From the NCBI GenBank assembly GCA_044234625.1, contig JBIIIP010000001.1, positions 52,497 through 116,496 of the forward strand: a stretch of 64,000 nt of DNA, read 5' to 3'. The stretch's first letter is position 1; each line of letters opens with the position of its first letter. The position numbers were made by a program, and so were the translations under genes. The notes under the pieces were generated by a model. That model worked only from the letters and a program-made list of their open reading frames with translations, was not told the origin of the DNA and did no database searches. Positions 16,747-26,072 of this stretch are shown here, piece after piece. Source of the stretch: Pirellulales bacterium (GTDB lineage Bacteria; Planctomycetota; Planctomycetia; Pirellulales; UBA1268).

Positions 16747-18114
16747 TTACACCTCGGCCAGCGGAGAGGCGGCGTCGCCGAAGGTATCCAAGGTGACGCC
16801 CATCTTCGCCATCATCGAGAGATAGAGCCGGCACATCTGCCGGTTCTCTTCACCCGAATAGTCGAGCACGCGGCCGGTGTGGATCTGCCCACCCGCCCCG
16901 CCCACGAGCGTCACCGGCAGGGCATCGTTCTTGTGGCTGCCTGTCATCATGCTCGAGCAGAAGAGGAGCATCGAGTTGTCGAGCGCCGAGCGGCCCCCCT
17001 CGTCGATCGCGGCAAGCCTCCGGGCCACGTAGGCCACCTGCTCGGTGAAGAACTGGTTGACCTTCAGCCAGTCCGCCGTGTCGGCATGCGACAGGAGGTG
17101 GTGGATCATGTAGTCGATCCCCTGGGCCGGATTCTCCGACCGGGCGAGATTCGGGAACCGCAGTGCCGAGTGGTCGTTGTTGAGCTTGAGCGTGGTGATC
17201 CGCGTGGTGTCGGTCTGGAAGCCGAGCACGAGGATGTCGCACATCAGCCGCATGTGCTCGGCGATGTCCTGCGGCACGCCGTCGGTCGGCCGCGGCCGGT
17301 CAGGCCCGGCGAGCGTCGGCTTCCAGCCCTGCAGCTCGCCGCGCTTGCCGGCATCCTCGATCCGCTTCTCCACGTCGCGCACGCTGTCGAGGTATTCGTC
17401 GAGCTTCCTCCGGTCAACGCCCCCGATCCGCCGCCGCAGGTCGCCGGCATCCTCGATCACGGCATCGAGCACGCTCTCGTCTCCCTTTTCGGTCCCCTCC
17501 TTGAAGAGCCGGTCGAAGGCGAGCGCGGGGTAGAGCTCCAGCGGCGTCGGCGTGGTGGGCGAGCTCCACGAGATATGGGAACTGTAGAGCATCGAGTAGT
17601 TCTTGTGCACTGACGGGTTCGATCGCTCGCACCCGAGCACGAGGCTCGGCACCTTCGTGCCGCGGCCGTAGGTCTGGGCGAGCACCTGGTCGAAGCTCGT
17701 GCCCGAGCGGATTTCACCGCCGGAGGCGAGCGGCGCGCCCGAGAGCAGGTTGCCGGTCTGCGAGGAGTGGATGTTGCCCTTGGTGGCCTCCACGTTCCAC
17801 AGGCCGCGGATGAAGAGCATCTTTTCGCGGAAGTCGGCGAGCGGCGCGAGCACCTGCCCGAGCTTCATGTCGGCCCCTTCCCCCTCCGCCCACCATTCCT
17901 TGGAATGGAAGCCGTTGCCCGCGAAGAACACTGCCAGCCGCACCGGCGGCTCGGCCGTTGTGGACGCGACACCACTTGCCCGAGCCGCGAGCGACTCCAT
18001 CCAGGGCAGGGCCATCGACACCCCGAGCCCGCGGAGCATCGTCCGCCGCGTCATCCCGCCATGTGCCGTCGTTTCTTGGCGCATCACGAACTCCTTCATC
18101 CTCGATGTGTTCAT
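16747..18114 (-). CDS. DUF1552 domain protein (Tat-like signal)
   Basis: TRRTMLRGLGVSMALPWMESL then VFFAGNGF...W, and the C-terminal LLFCSSMMTGSHKNDALPVTLVGGAGG, typical of DUF1552. The ATG at 18114 overlaps the stop of the upstream gene (ATGA). Confidence 0.85.
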   Translation of the reverse strand: MNTSRMKEFVMRQETTAHGGMTRRTMLRGLGVSMALPWMESLAARASGVASTTAEPPVRLAVFFAGNGFHSKEWWAEGEGADMKLGQVLAPLADFREKMLFIRGLWNVEATKGNIHSSQTGNLLSGAPLASGGEIRSGTSFDQVLAQTYGRGTKVPSLVLGCERSNPSVHKNYSMLYSSHISWSSPTTPTPLELYPALAFDRLFKEGTEKGDESVLDAVIEDAGDLRRRIGGVDRRKLDEYLDSVRDVEKRIEDAGKRGELQGWKPTLAGPDRPRPTDGVPQDIAEHMRLMCDILVLGFQTDTTRITTLKLNNDHSALRFPNLARSENPAQGIDYMIHHLLSHADTADWLKVNQFFTEQVAYVARRLAAIDEGGRSALDNSMLLFCSSMMTGSHKNDALPVTLVGGAGGQIHTGRVLDYSGEENRQMCRLYLSMMAKMGVTLDTFGDAASPLAEV

Positions 18115-21100
18115 TCTTGCTCGGTGCCGGCCTCGAGACCACGGATCTGCCGGAATTGCGGGCTCTGGACGATCGCCTCGACTGCCAGGGTCGCACGGTG
18201 GCCATTGGCCGCGAGGGTCGCCTGGATCTCGTCGAGCAGCGGCTCGTCGGCGAGCTGCACGCTGCGGCCGAGGGCGAAGCCGAGCAGCTTGCGGAGAAAC
18301 TGCCGCTCGAAGGCATCGGCGCGGGCAGAGGCGAGATACGCCCGCAGGTCGGCGGCGCCCCCCACCTGCGTGCCGTCGGGCAGCGCGGTGGCCGCGTCGA
18401 TCGGCTTGCCGGCGGAGTCCTTGTCGCGGCGACGGCCGATCGCATCGTATTCCTCGAGGGCGAAGCCGTAGCCGTCGAACCGCTTGTGGCAGCCGGCGCA
18501 GGCGGCGTTGCTCGAGTGCAGCGCGGTCAGCTCGCGCTCCGAGAGCCCCTCCGGCGGCGACTCGGCCAATGGCGGCACGTTCTTCGGCGGCTTCGGCAGC
18601 TTTTCGCCGAGCAGCATCTCGGTGAAGAAAGTGCCCCGCAGGATCGGGCTCGTGCGCGACGCCCCGGACTGCTTGGAAAGCGTGGCGGCGAGCGTGAGGA
18701 TCCCGCCTCGGCCATGCTCGCGCACCCCCTCCACCAGCCGCCACTCGGGGCCGGTCACGTCTGGAATGCCATAGTGCTTCGCCAGCGGCTCGTTGAGGAA
18801 CGTGTGGTCGGCATCGATGAGCGAGCGGATCGAGCGGTCGTTCTGGAAGAGGTCGGCAAGCAGACGCACCGCCTCCTCGTGCATCGCCCCACGGAGGTCG
18901 GCGAATTCCGGAAACACTTCCGGGCTCTTCTCGTCGTGCGTGTCGAAGCCATAGACATGGAGCCAGTGGGTGCCGAACTCCACCGCCAGCCGCCGGGCCC
19001 GCGGGTCGCGGAGCATCCGCCGGGTCTCGGCGAGGAGCACCTCCGTCTCCTGGAGCCGCTCGGCCGCCGAGGCGAGCGGCTCGTCGGGCAGCGACGACCA
19101 GAGGAAGTAGCTCAGCCGCGTGGCCAGCTCGCGGCCGGTGACGGACTGCGGCTCCCGGCCCGGCCCCGGGGTTTCGAGCTTGTAGAGGAAGGCCGGCGCC
19201 ACGAGCACGCGCGCGAGTAGCAGCCGCACGGCGGCGTCGTGCTCGAGGCCGTCGCTGCGGAGTTCCCGGTAGAGGGCCCGCAGGCCGTCGGCCTCCGCCG
19301 CGGCCAGCGGCCGCCGCCACGCCCGGGCGGCCAATTGCACGACGGCCTCCACCTGCGCGGGCTCGACGGCGACCAGCCGCGTGGCAAAGGCCTCGGCCCG
19401 TGCCGCGATCACCGGCTCGAGCCCCGCGAACGGATTGCCCTGCTTGTTCTGGCCGTCATCCTGTGTCGCAAACTGCACGAGCTGCTCGATGGCATCCTGC
19501 AGGAGGAAGGGCTCCTGGGCCACGAACCGTAGTTCGTCCCACAGGCGGTCGAGTTGGGCCGCATCGGCGTCGTCGAGAAGCAGCTTCCGCAGCCGGTCGT
19601 CCTCGCGGTAGAAAACGTTGAGCGTGATCACCTCGTCGGCCGGCACGATCCGGGCGTAGCAGACCGCCGGCGGGAAGAGCTCGCGGAATTCATCGAACGC
19701 CGCAGTGAACCGGCTCCAGGCGGAACCTGCCTCCGCGGCGATCACCGGCGCGGAGGCGGAAAGCACCCCTGGTTCGGCGGCATCGTCTTCAAGCACGTGG
19801 GCCTGCACGGCGGCATCCGCATGCGACGCCGGATGGACCGTGGCCGCGACCACGAACTCCCGGCCGGCCGCCAGCTCCGCCGGAATTTCCACCTTGACGC
19901 TCGCGGGCGCCCGCACACAGAGGTCGGCCGCAGCCACCGCTCCGGCGGCCACGGGATGGCGGCCAAAGGCGGCGGGATCGATGCCGTGCGACACGTCGGC
20001 GGCGGCCTGCGGAAGAGCGGCCGCAGCCTTGGCCGCGATGAGCCGCGAGAGCACCGGGCCCGACACCGCGAGCAGCTCGTCCACAAGCTTTCTGTCTGGT
20101 GACTTTTCAGGGAGGTCGGCCGTCCCTCCCCGCACGAGCCGTTCGATCTCGTCCACGAGCGGGCCGCGGTCGGCCGACGTCGCCGCCTGCCACCGCGCGA
20201 GGAGCGACCCGGCGGGAATTTCCCAACCGCTCCCCCCGCCGGTCGGCTCGCTGCCCAATTCCCAGACGGCCTCGTTGCCGAAGGCGTCGGCGTGGGGATT
20301 GGCGGCGAGGATGCCCTGCCCTGGTTCCGAAGAAGCAAGGTCGGCGAGCCGCCATTCCTGATCCCCGGAGCGGACGACGAGTTCGATCGCCATGGAGTCG
20401 CAGTTATGACCGGTGCGGGGGTCGATGACGAGGCAGAGTCGGTCGTCCCGCCGAAGCACGACCTCCTCGACAGGGCCGATCTTTTTCACCTCGTGGCCCC
20501 CCGACGCGATCTTTTCGCGGGTCGTTCCGCGGACGACCTCGAGGCTCCAGTCCACCGCGTCGCCACATCCGACAAGCGACTCGCTGATGCTCCCCTTCAC
20601 CGACACGGCCTGCGCCCGCAGGCTCTTCCAGGCGATCACCAACCGTCGTTCACCGGGATGGACCACGACGCCACGGGCCGGAATCTCGGCCGGAAATTTC
20701 AGTGGCACGTCGGCGGTGTTGGCAAACACGCTCAAGTCCTTCTCGCCCGTCCAGCCGGCGATGCTCTCGAATCCCCCGACCCGCTCGGCCGTGTTCGTCA
20801 GCAGGAAACCCGCCGGCGGCTCGGGAGCCGTCGGGCCGAGCAGCCCGCTCCACACCTCGAGCGCGTCGCGGTCGACGGCATGCTTCTCGGCGAGTGTGGC
20901 CAGCGATGGTGCCGCGGCGCCGGCAGCCCGCGCGGCCTCGGCCTCGTCGAGCGCCGCAAGGCAGCCACGCAGCGAGGTGATCAAAGCAGTTTTGGCCGTC
21001 GGCATCACCGCCGCCTGCGCCCGCACATCGCGAAGATGCAGATCGGGTGCGGCTGCCGCCACGAGCCGCGGGTTTTCCCAGACGACGAAATCCGCATCCG

Positions 21101-22358
21101 CTCCGTCGCCCGCGTCGGTCGCTGTGAGGCGGATGGTGGCCGTCTCGCCACCCTCAGGCACCGCGAGCTTCACGCGAAATTCCTGGCGGGGCACGAGCGG
21201 ATTCACCGCCTCCATCCAGGCGGCGGGCCCATCCTTGCGGCCCAACTCGCGGGTGATCGTCCCGACGGGATTGAATTTCCAAAGCGCTTTCTGCCAGGGC
21301 GCGATCTGCCCGGCGACGATCGCCTTGCCGGCCGCGTTGTCCGCGGGGCTCGCCGCCTGCCAGGCCTGCCGCACGCGGTCCACGAGAACTGAATCGGAAG
21401 GGTCGGATGCCGACACCGTCCGCCACACCGTCGCGAGATACTTCTCGCTCAGATCATGCTCGCGGGCCACCGCGGCCACCTCGCCGCGGGCGAGTGCGTC
21501 GCGCTCGGAGAACGTGGCAGCGAGATACCGGTCCACGGGCAGTGCCCCGTCGCGGCCCACGTCCATCTTGATGCCTTGCTCGGTCTTCTGGATTCCATCC
21601 TCGAAGGGCGCCGTGAAGCGACGGTAAAACGCCTTGAGTCGCGAGAGCTGCTCGTCGGTCCAATCACCCCGGCTCGTGCTGGCGGAGAATCTCAGCCCGT
21701 CGGGCAACAGCACGGCGTGGGCCGCGATCCCCTTCGCCGCGTCGAGGTATTTCGTGACCAGCGCCGGCGACATGACGAGCGCCGCCCCGGTGTTGCTGAA
21801 GCCCTCGCCCGCCGCGCCGTCGGTGGGAAACTCGCGGGCTGGATCGAGCGAAGCGATGCCGGTCAGGTCACGGATCGTGTAGGTGTATTCGGCGTTGTCG
21901 AGCCGGCGGAGCACGACGGCCCCGGGATCGCCTGCATGGGCCGCCGCCTCCGCGCGGAGGAAACTGCGGAGCCAGCCTTCGATCGCCGCCCGCTCGGCAT
22001 CGGTCGGCTGGGCCGCTTCGATCGGGGGCATCTGCCTGTCGAGCACGACCTCCCGCACCCGCTGCCATGTGGCGAGGCTGCGGCGCAGATCATCGAGCGA
22101 CGCAGCGGCGGCGAGATTCACGTCTCCCTCGACCGCATCCCCCGCATGGCACTCGTGGCAGTAGCGGGCCAACAGCGGCTGCACGTCGCGGGCGAGTGAT
22201 TCCTGGAGCGCGGCGGCCGGAACGGTGGCCTCGCGGGCGGCGGCCGACAGGCACATGACCGACGCGGCGCCGAGGACGGCGGCAGAGAGGCCGCGGCGCG
22301 AGCGCCCGGCCAGCGACGCAAGCGGCATCCGACACGTGAAGGCCAGTGAGGGCTTCAT
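18111..22358 (-). CDS. DUF1592/DUF1595/DUF1587/DUF1588/DUF1585-type planctomycete cytochrome-c-like multidomain protein
   Basis: N-terminal signal plus LLARYCHECHAGD. C-terminal HSSNAACAGCHKRFDGYGFALEEYD, LRDPRARRLAVEFGTHWL, and LADEPLLDEI. Canonical partner of DUF1552. About 1415 aa. Confidence 0.85.
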   Translation of the reverse strand: MKPSLAFTCRMPLASLAGRSRRGLSAAVLGAASVMCLSAAAREATVPAAALQESLARDVQPLLARYCHECHAGDAVEGDVNLAAAASLDDLRRSLATWQRVREVVLDRQMPPIEAAQPTDAERAAIEGWLRSFLRAEAAAHAGDPGAVVLRRLDNAEYTYTIRDLTGIASLDPAREFPTDGAAGEGFSNTGAALVMSPALVTKYLDAAKGIAAHAVLLPDGLRFSASTSRGDWTDEQLSRLKAFYRRFTAPFEDGIQKTEQGIKMDVGRDGALPVDRYLAATFSERDALARGEVAAVAREHDLSEKYLATVWRTVSASDPSDSVLVDRVRQAWQAASPADNAAGKAIVAGQIAPWQKALWKFNPVGTITRELGRKDGPAAWMEAVNPLVPRQEFRVKLAVPEGGETATIRLTATDAGDGADADFVVWENPRLVAAAAPDLHLRDVRAQAAVMPTAKTALITSLRGCLAALDEAEAARAAGAAAPSLATLAEKHAVDRDALEVWSGLLGPTAPEPPAGFLLTNTAERVGGFESIAGWTGEKDLSVFANTADVPLKFPAEIPARGVVVHPGERRLVIAWKSLRAQAVSVKGSISESLVGCGDAVDWSLEVVRGTTREKIASGGHEVKKIGPVEEVVLRRDDRLCLVIDPRTGHNCDSMAIELVVRSGDQEWRLADLASSEPGQGILAANPHADAFGNEAVWELGSEPTGGGSGWEIPAGSLLARWQAATSADRGPLVDEIERLVRGGTADLPEKSPDRKLVDELLAVSGPVLSRLIAAKAAAALPQAAADVSHGIDPAAFGRHPVAAGAVAAADLCVRAPASVKVEIPAELAAGREFVVAATVHPASHADAAVQAHVLEDDAAEPGVLSASAPVIAAEAGSAWSRFTAAFDEFRELFPPAVCYARIVPADEVITLNVFYREDDRLRKLLLDDADAAQLDRLWDELRFVAQEPFLLQDAIEQLVQFATQDDGQNKQGNPFAGLEPVIAARAEAFATRLVAVEPAQVEAVVQLAARAWRRPLAAAEADGLRALYRELRSDGLEHDAAVRLLLARVLVAPAFLYKLETPGPGREPQSVTGRELATRLSYFLWSSLPDEPLASAAERLQETEVLLAETRRMLRDPRARRLAVEFGTHWLHVYGFDTHDEKSPEVFPEFADLRGAMHEEAVRLLADLFQNDRSIRSLIDADHTFLNEPLAKHYGIPDVTGPEWRLVEGVREHGRGGILTLAATLSKQSGASRTSPILRGTFFTEMLLGEKLPKPPKNVPPLAESPPEGLSERELTALHSSNAACAGCHKRFDGYGFALEEYDAIGRRRDKDSAGKPIDAATALPDGTQVGGAADLRAYLASARADAFERQFLRKLLGFALGRSVQLADEPLLDEIQATLAANGHRATLAVEAIVQSPQFRQIRGLEAGTEQE

Positions 22359-22626
22359 GGGGAGGGCGGTGTCCGGTTGGGGAGGCGGGGGTCGAACATG
22401 GCACGAACCGGTTCGTGGGAGGCAGGGCTCCACGAAAACGCGGGAACCCCCCTATGCGGATGCCAGCCCGAACGCACCATCCACCCGCAGGGCGACGGTT
22501 CGACGCCGAACTGCCTGTCGACAGAACGCGAGTTTACTTCTCAGCGAATGACCGCGTCAAATCACATTCGGCCGTACGATAAGGCCAGTTTCGCGAGGCC
22601 GCGGCCCTGTTGGCGGGCGCCGCGGA

Positions 22627-23547
22627 TCACCACGTGCCGACGGCGACTGCCGTCCGCGAACCATGGCTCGGCGGCGGCTCGCTCGGCGTCACATCCACAT
22701 TCACGGAGAGCGTCTGGCCGCCGGACGCCAGGATCACGCCATCCAGCGGCGACACGTCGGCGTAGTCGCGGCCGCGGCCGATCACGATGTGCTCGTCGCC
22801 CGCCAGAAGGGCGTTGGTGGGGTCGAAGTCGAGCCAGCCGCACGCCGCGCCGCACCATAACGCGACCCAGGCATGCGAGGCATCGGCGCCGACGAGCCGC
22901 GGCTTGCCCGGCGGCGGGAGTGTGCGGATGTAGCCCGACACGTAGGCCGCCGGGAGGCCCAGGCCGCGCAGCGCCGCGATCGTGGCATGCGCAAAATCCT
23001 GGCAGACGCCGCTGCGGGAATCGAACGCTTCCGCCAGGGGCGTCGACACGCCCGTCGCCTTCGGGTCGTACTTGAAATCATTCCGCACCCGCTGCATCAG
23101 CTCGCAGGCGGCATCGACGATCGGCCGACCGGCCGCGAAGCTCGCTGCGGCGTACTCCGTCGCGGGGGCGTGGAGCGGCACCAGCCGGCTGGGGTAGAGG
23201 AAGTGGGCCGGCGCCCGCGGCCCGAGCGCTGGCGACGCGAACGCCTCCTGTCGCACCTCCTCCCAGGCTGGCCCGCGGCCGGGTGGCGGCCGGTTCTCGA
23301 CCTCCACCCGCGACGCCGCCGTGATGCGCAGTTCGCGGTGCGGCGCCGCGATCGTGGCCGTGGCGACGCGGGTGCCGAAAAAATCGGTCCGCTCGACGAG
23401 CGACGCCGGCCGGGGCGTCACGTCGATGCCAAAGCCCAAGAGCCGCTGCCCCTCGCCGGCGGCAGGCGCCAGCCTCAGCGTGCAGCGGGCCGCGGCCACC
23501 GTGGCGTCGTAGCGGTAGGTCGTGACGTGCCGGATCTCGTAGATCAT
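22627..23547 (-). CDS. Transglutaminase-like family protein (COG1305-type)
   Basis: [15 protein letters not shown]-terminal domain. Catalytic-core GVCQDFAHATIAALRGLGLPAAYVSGY ... SHAWVALW ... DFDPTN (Cys-His-Asp). ATGA overlap with the upstream gene. Confidence 0.85.
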   Translation of the reverse strand: MIYEIRHVTTYRYDATVAAARCTLRLAPAAGEGQRLLGFGIDVTPRPASLVERTDFFGTRVATATIAAPHRELRITAASRVEVENRPPPGRGPAWEEVRQEAFASPALGPRAPAHFLYPSRLVPLHAPATEYAAASFAAGRPIVDAACELMQRVRNDFKYDPKATGVSTPLAEAFDSRSGVCQDFAHATIAALRGLGLPAAYVSGYIRTLPPPGKPRLVGADASHAWVALWCGAACGWLDFDPTNALLAGDEHIVIGRGRDYADVSPLDGVILASGGQTLSVNVDVTPSEPPPSHGSRTAVAVGTW

Positions 23548-26072
23548 GCGAGCTCCATCTCCGCCGCCGGGCGCACCGCGCCCGGCCCCTGGAGGAAGTA
23601 GCGAGCCGCGATGGCGTCGGCCAGCGCCATGAGCCGCCGCTCCACCGCCGCCACCTTCTGCGCATCGATGTGCTCGGCATCCTCGACGGCCAGGTCGGAG
23701 GCGAGCTTGAGGGCGATCCGCCGCGGCATCTCCATGATGCCGTCCTCCTGCAGCACGGGAAGCGCGGCGAAATGCTCGTTGATCCGCTCCGTCTGGAAGG
23801 CGACCGAGCGGGGGTTGAACGAGTCGAGCAGCACCATGTCGCGCACCGGCACGAGCGCCGCGCCGACGAGGTAGCGGGAGCGGTAGGTGATCTGCGAGTC
23901 GATCAGGTCGAGCAGCACGTCGAGTGTGTCGGCCGTCGCGTCGCGCTCGGCGAACGTGCGGGCGAAGCGGCAGGTGTTGATCCCCCGCTCCACGCGCCGG
24001 CCGAGGTCGAGGAACCGCCAGCCGGCGACGCGGTTGGTGTTCTCCTGGAACAGCCCCGACAGGGCCGCGGTGACCCGCAGGGCCTCGTCGGCCTGGTCGA
24101 AGACCTCCACTTCGGAAAGGCTCCTGCCGGACTCCTTCAGCAAGCGTATCTCCAGGGCGCTTAGCAGGTGCCAGGTGTCGAGGGAGAGCCGCTCGCGGAT
24201 CACCCCGGCGGCCCGCCGCGCCGCGGCCGTGATGGATGCTGCCGACCCGCTCTGGCCACCGTCGTGAACGGCCGTCGCGGCGAGTTCTGCCGTGGTCGCG
24301 TCCGCCATCTCGGCCGGCGCGGCGCCCCAGGCGACGAGCAGCCGCGCGAGCCGCAGGATCGACTGCCGACCGCCGCCGGTGGTGTCGGGGTCGATGACCC
24401 GGGCGCAGAGACTGCGGACGATGCGCAGGGTGGCTTCGGCGCGCTCCAGGTAGCGGCCCAGCCAGAAGAGGTTGTCGGCCGCGCGACTGGGCAGGTTGCC
24501 GAGCAGGCGGCGGATCCTCACGGAATCGCCCGTGGGCAGGAGCGTGGACATCTCGACAGGCTCGTCGGCGAGCACCCACACGTCGGCCGACTGCACGCCC
24601 GCCCCCATGGAAACGGCCCGGGCGTCGCTGCGATCCGAAATCCGGCAGAAGCCGCCGGGCATGATCTCCCAGCCCTGGGCCGTCGCCGCGGCATACACGC
24701 GCAGCACGAAGGGACGCGGCGCGAGCCGGCCCTCATCCCACACCGGCGTGGTGGACAGCCGCACGATCTCCTGCCCAACGTAGTCCACGCCACGGCGGTC
24801 GAGATCGGCCGCAATCGCCGCCTTGTCCGTAACGTCGAGCTCGCCGCCGATCAGCGTGGACCGGCCCGGCATGCCCGGGAGCGCATCGGAGAAGGCAGAC
24901 GCCACGACCAACTCGTCGAGCCTCTCGAGCACCTGCGCGCGTTCGCCTTCCTGACCGCACCACCAGGTCGCGATGTTCGGCAGCCGCAGATCCTCCCCGA
25001 GCAGCCGGCGGGCCAGCGCCGGCATGAAGCCGAGCAGGGCCCGCGACTCCACGAGCCCGCTGCCCGGCATGTTCGCCATGGTCAACGCGCCATCGCGGAT
25101 CGCCTGGAAGAGCCCCGGCACGCCGAGCCGGGAGGCGGCATTGGCCTCGAGCGGATCGCACCAGTCGGCATCGACGCGCCGCCAGATGACGTCGGCCCGC
25201 TTCAGGCCCGCGATCGTGCGCACGTGGACCATGCCGTCGTGCACGGTGAGATCGTCCCCCTCGACGAGCAGGATGCCGAGATAGCGGGCGAGATAGGCCT
25301 GCTCGAAGTAGGTTTCGCTGAAGGGGCCGGGGGTGAGCAGACAGATGCGGGGATCGGGCCGCGGCGTTGCGCCGGCGAGCCCGCGGCGGAACTCGCGGAA
25401 AAAGGGGGCCAGCCGCGCCACGTTCATGTCGCTGTAAATGTTGGGGAAGGCCCGGGAGAGAACGAGGCGGTTCTCGAGCGCATAGCCGGCGCCCGACGGG
25501 GCCTGGGCGCGGTCGCCGAGCACCCACCAGCGGCCGTCCGGGCCCCGGCCGATATCGCAGGCGTAGAGCCTGAGCCACCGGCCACCCGGCGGCGCCACCC
25601 CCTGCATGGGCCGCAGGTAATCGGGGCTGCCCGTGACCACCGCGGCCGGCAGCGCCCCCTCGCCCACGAGCGCGTTCGGGCCGTAGACGTCGGCCAAGAT
25701 GCGGTCCATCAATTCGGCACGCTGCGCGACCCCCGCGGCGATTTCGCGCCAGTCGCGCTCGGGAATGAGCAGCGGCACGTGCGCCAGCGGCCACGACCTC
25801 TCGTTGGTCTCGCCGTACACGCGGTAGGAGATGCCGAGATCGCGGATGTGGCGGTCGGCGACCGCGAACCGCCGCCCGATCTGGTCGTCGTCGATCCGCG
25901 ACAGGGCCGAGAGGAAGTTCTGCCAATGGGGCCGCGGCGCCCCGGACCCGTCGATGAATTCATCGGGAATGCCGGGCAGGGCCGCATAGCCCGCCGTCCA
26001 ACTCTCCACGCGGCGGGACAGGCCGCCCGGACGTCGCTCACGGCTCCGCGCCGCGCCGCCTTCGCTACCCAA
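23544..26072 (-). CDS. Circularly permuted type-2 ATP-grasp fused to alpha-E domain (COG2308+COG2307-type)
   Basis: [24 protein letters not shown], and [16 protein letters not shown], then C-terminal [13 protein letters not shown] and ITYRSRY alpha-E motifs. TTG start overlaps the DUF2126 gene end; an alternative GTG lies about 60 nt downstream. Confidence 0.85.
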   Translation of the reverse strand: MGSEGGAARSRERRPGGLSRRVESWTAGYAALPGIPDEFIDGSGAPRPHWQNFLSALSRIDDDQIGRRFAVADRHIRDLGISYRVYGETNERSWPLAHVPLLIPERDWREIAAGVAQRAELMDRILADVYGPNALVGEGALPAAVVTGSPDYLRPMQGVAPPGGRWLRLYACDIGRGPDGRWWVLGDRAQAPSGAGYALENRLVLSRAFPNIYSDMNVARLAPFFREFRRGLAGATPRPDPRICLLTPGPFSETYFEQAYLARYLGILLVEGDDLTVHDGMVHVRTIAGLKRADVIWRRVDADWCDPLEANAASRLGVPGLFQAIRDGALTMANMPGSGLVESRALLGFMPALARRLLGEDLRLPNIATWWCGQEGERAQVLERLDELVVASAFSDALPGMPGRSTLIGGELDVTDKAAIAADLDRRGVDYVGQEIVRLSTTPVWDEGRLAPRPFVLRVYAAATAQGWEIMPGGFCRISDRSDARAVSMGAGVQSADVWVLADEPVEMSTLLPTGDSVRIRRLLGNLPSRAADNLFWLGRYLERAEATLRIVRSLCARVIDPDTTGGGRQSILRLARLLVAWGAAPAEMADATTAELAATAVHDGGQSGSAASITAAARRAAGVIRERLSLDTWHLLSALEIRLLKESGRSLSEVEVFDQADEALRVTAALSGLFQENTNRVAGWRFLDLGRRVERGINTCRFARTFAERDATADTLDVLLDLIDSQITYRSRYLVGAALVPVRDMVLLDSFNPRSVAFQTERINEHFAALPVLQEDGIMEMPRRIALKLASDLAVEDAEHIDAQKVAAVERRLMALADAIAARYFLQGPGAVRPAAEMELA

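Noticed and set aside
16747-19320. N-terminal extensions of the ORFs containing DUF1552 (857 aa), ThuA (41728-44199, 823 aa), the sulfatase (40241-42295, 684 aa) and mnmA (33672-35015).
   Set aside because: In each case a Met followed by a signal peptide or the canonical family N-terminus lies internally. The extension overlaps the neighbouring gene or a repeat array, so the shorter coordinates were reported.
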